Shown piece by piece: positions 48,206-49,141 of a stretch of DNA of 49,141 bases. How positions within the stretch are numbered: the stretch's first letter is position 1; the number at the start of each line of letters is the position of its first letter. Both the position numbers and the translations under genes were made by a program. Origin of the DNA: an uncultured bacterium. GTDB lineage: Bacteria > CAYUVA01. The notes under the pieces were generated by a model. The model was given only the letters and a program-made list of their open reading frames with translations, searched no databases and was not told where the DNA came from. The stretch is from assembly GCA_964448115.1 (NCBI GenBank), contig CAYUVA010000029.1, forward strand, positions 7,125 to 56,265, given 5' to 3'.

Positions 48206-49141
48206 ATGGATTTCTCACTGACATCTGAACAACAACTGCTCAAGGACAGCACCCGCGACTTCGCAGAGTCAGTAATCAAACCGCATGTCATGGAATATGA
48301 CGAGGCTCAGAAGTTCCCCATGGAAATAGTAAGGCAGCTCGGTGAGCTAGGCTATCTAGGTCTTATAATCCCCGAAGAGTGGGGCGGTGGCGGCATGGAC
48401 TATATCTGCTATGCGATCGCCATCGAAGAGCTTTCTCGGGTGGATGGCTCCATAGGCATCACCGTGGCTGCCCACAATTCGCTATGCAGCAATCATATCA
48501 ACATGTTCGGCAGCGATGTGCAGAAAGAGAAGTACCTGAAACCGCTTGCCAAAGGTGAATACATCGGCGCCTGGGGGCTTACCGAGCCGGGGGCGGGATC
48601 AGATGCTGGAAGTATCAGAACTACCGCGATCAAGCACGGAGATTACTATATCTTAAATGGCTCCAAGACCTTCATCACCAACGCTAGCGTCGCTGATGTC
48701 GCTGTCATCATGGCAAGCACGGATCGCTCCAAGAAACACCGCGGTATCTCAGCTTTCATCGTAGAGAAAGGTACTCCTGGCTTCAAACCGGGCAAGAAGG
48801 AGAACAAGCTCGGCTTGCGTGCCAGCGACACTGCGGAGTTGATCCTGGAGGATGTGCGCATCCCGGCAGAAAACCGCATCGGCGAGGAGGGCAAGGGCTT
48901 CTACCAGACCATGAAGATCTTAGATGGCGGTCGCATCAGCATCGCAGCCCTGGGACTTGGGATGGCTCAGGGAGCGTTGGATGCCTCGATATCGTACTCG
49001 AAGGAGAGGGAACAATTCGGGCAGCCGATATGCAACTTTCAGGCGATCGCTTTTTACCTGGCAGAGATGGCTACACGGATTGAAGCATCGCGTCAGCTCA
49101 TTTACCTGGCTGCCAACATGTATGATCGAGGATTGAATATC
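48206..49141 (+). CDS. Acyl-CoA dehydrogenase (short/branched-chain type), 5' part. The gene continues past the window end.
   Basis: ATG at 48206 preceded by [29 protein letters not shown]..., [32 protein letters not shown]. The frame is open to position 49141. Confidence 0.85.
   Translation, partial: MDFSLTSEQQLLKDSTRDFAESVIKPHVMEYDEAQKFPMEIVRQLGELGYLGLIIPEEWGGGGMDYICYAIAIEELSRVDGSIGITVAAHNSLCSNHINMFGSDVQKEKYLKPLAKGEYIGAWGLTEPGAGSDAGSIRTTAIKHGDYYILNGSKTFITNASVADVAVIMASTDRSKKHRGISAFIVEKGTPGFKPGKKENKLGLRASDTAELILEDVRIPAENRIGEEGKGFYQTMKILDGGRISIAALGLGMAQGALDASISYSKEREQFGQPICNFQAIAFYLAEMATRIEASRQLIYLAANMYDRGLNI

Overview
This 49 kb window is bacterial chromosome, roughly 45-55% GC, and reads as an anaerobic sulfite/sulfate reducer. 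The core is a reductive-type dissimilatory sulfite reductase operon, dsrA-dsrB-dsrD-dsrN (10.7-14.9 kb). Housekeeping genes flank it: dnaE, murI, the rsmE-folC-rsfS-nadD block, a C-terminally truncated metH, folD, eno, and a partial acyl-CoA dehydrogenase at the 3' edge. Accessory content includes a Ser/Thr kinase fused to AAA+ and TPR domains lying convergent with a radical SAM/SPASM enzyme, a cluster of three GT1 glycosyltransferases with a methyltransferase, and two large secreted proteins (a beta-propeller protein and a trypsin-like protease) that share a novel C-terminal domain. Others are a three-fold HTH-repeat protein, two Zn-dependent alcohol dehydrogenases, and a stand-alone AAA ATPase. 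The most unusual part is a compact bacterial-microcompartment (BMC) satellite locus at 31.9-34.7 kb: a PduS-like Fe-S flavoprotein, a PduT-like tandem BMC-T shell protein and two EutN/PduN-type vertex pentamers. No BMC-H hexamer and no signature enzyme lie in the window. Structured repeat DNA sits in and around this locus, and a repeat motif upstream of the vertex genes recurs upstream of the acyl-CoA dehydrogenase gene at 48 kb. Immediately downstream of the vertex genes is a 2.4 kb island of about 25% GC. It encodes a 754-aa polytopic membrane protein with a glycine-zipper tail, and a decayed non-coding region follows it. A ubiquitin-like small protein paired with a zinc-ribbon protein upstream of nadD is also worth a look. 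No rRNA, tRNA or CRISPR arrays were found.
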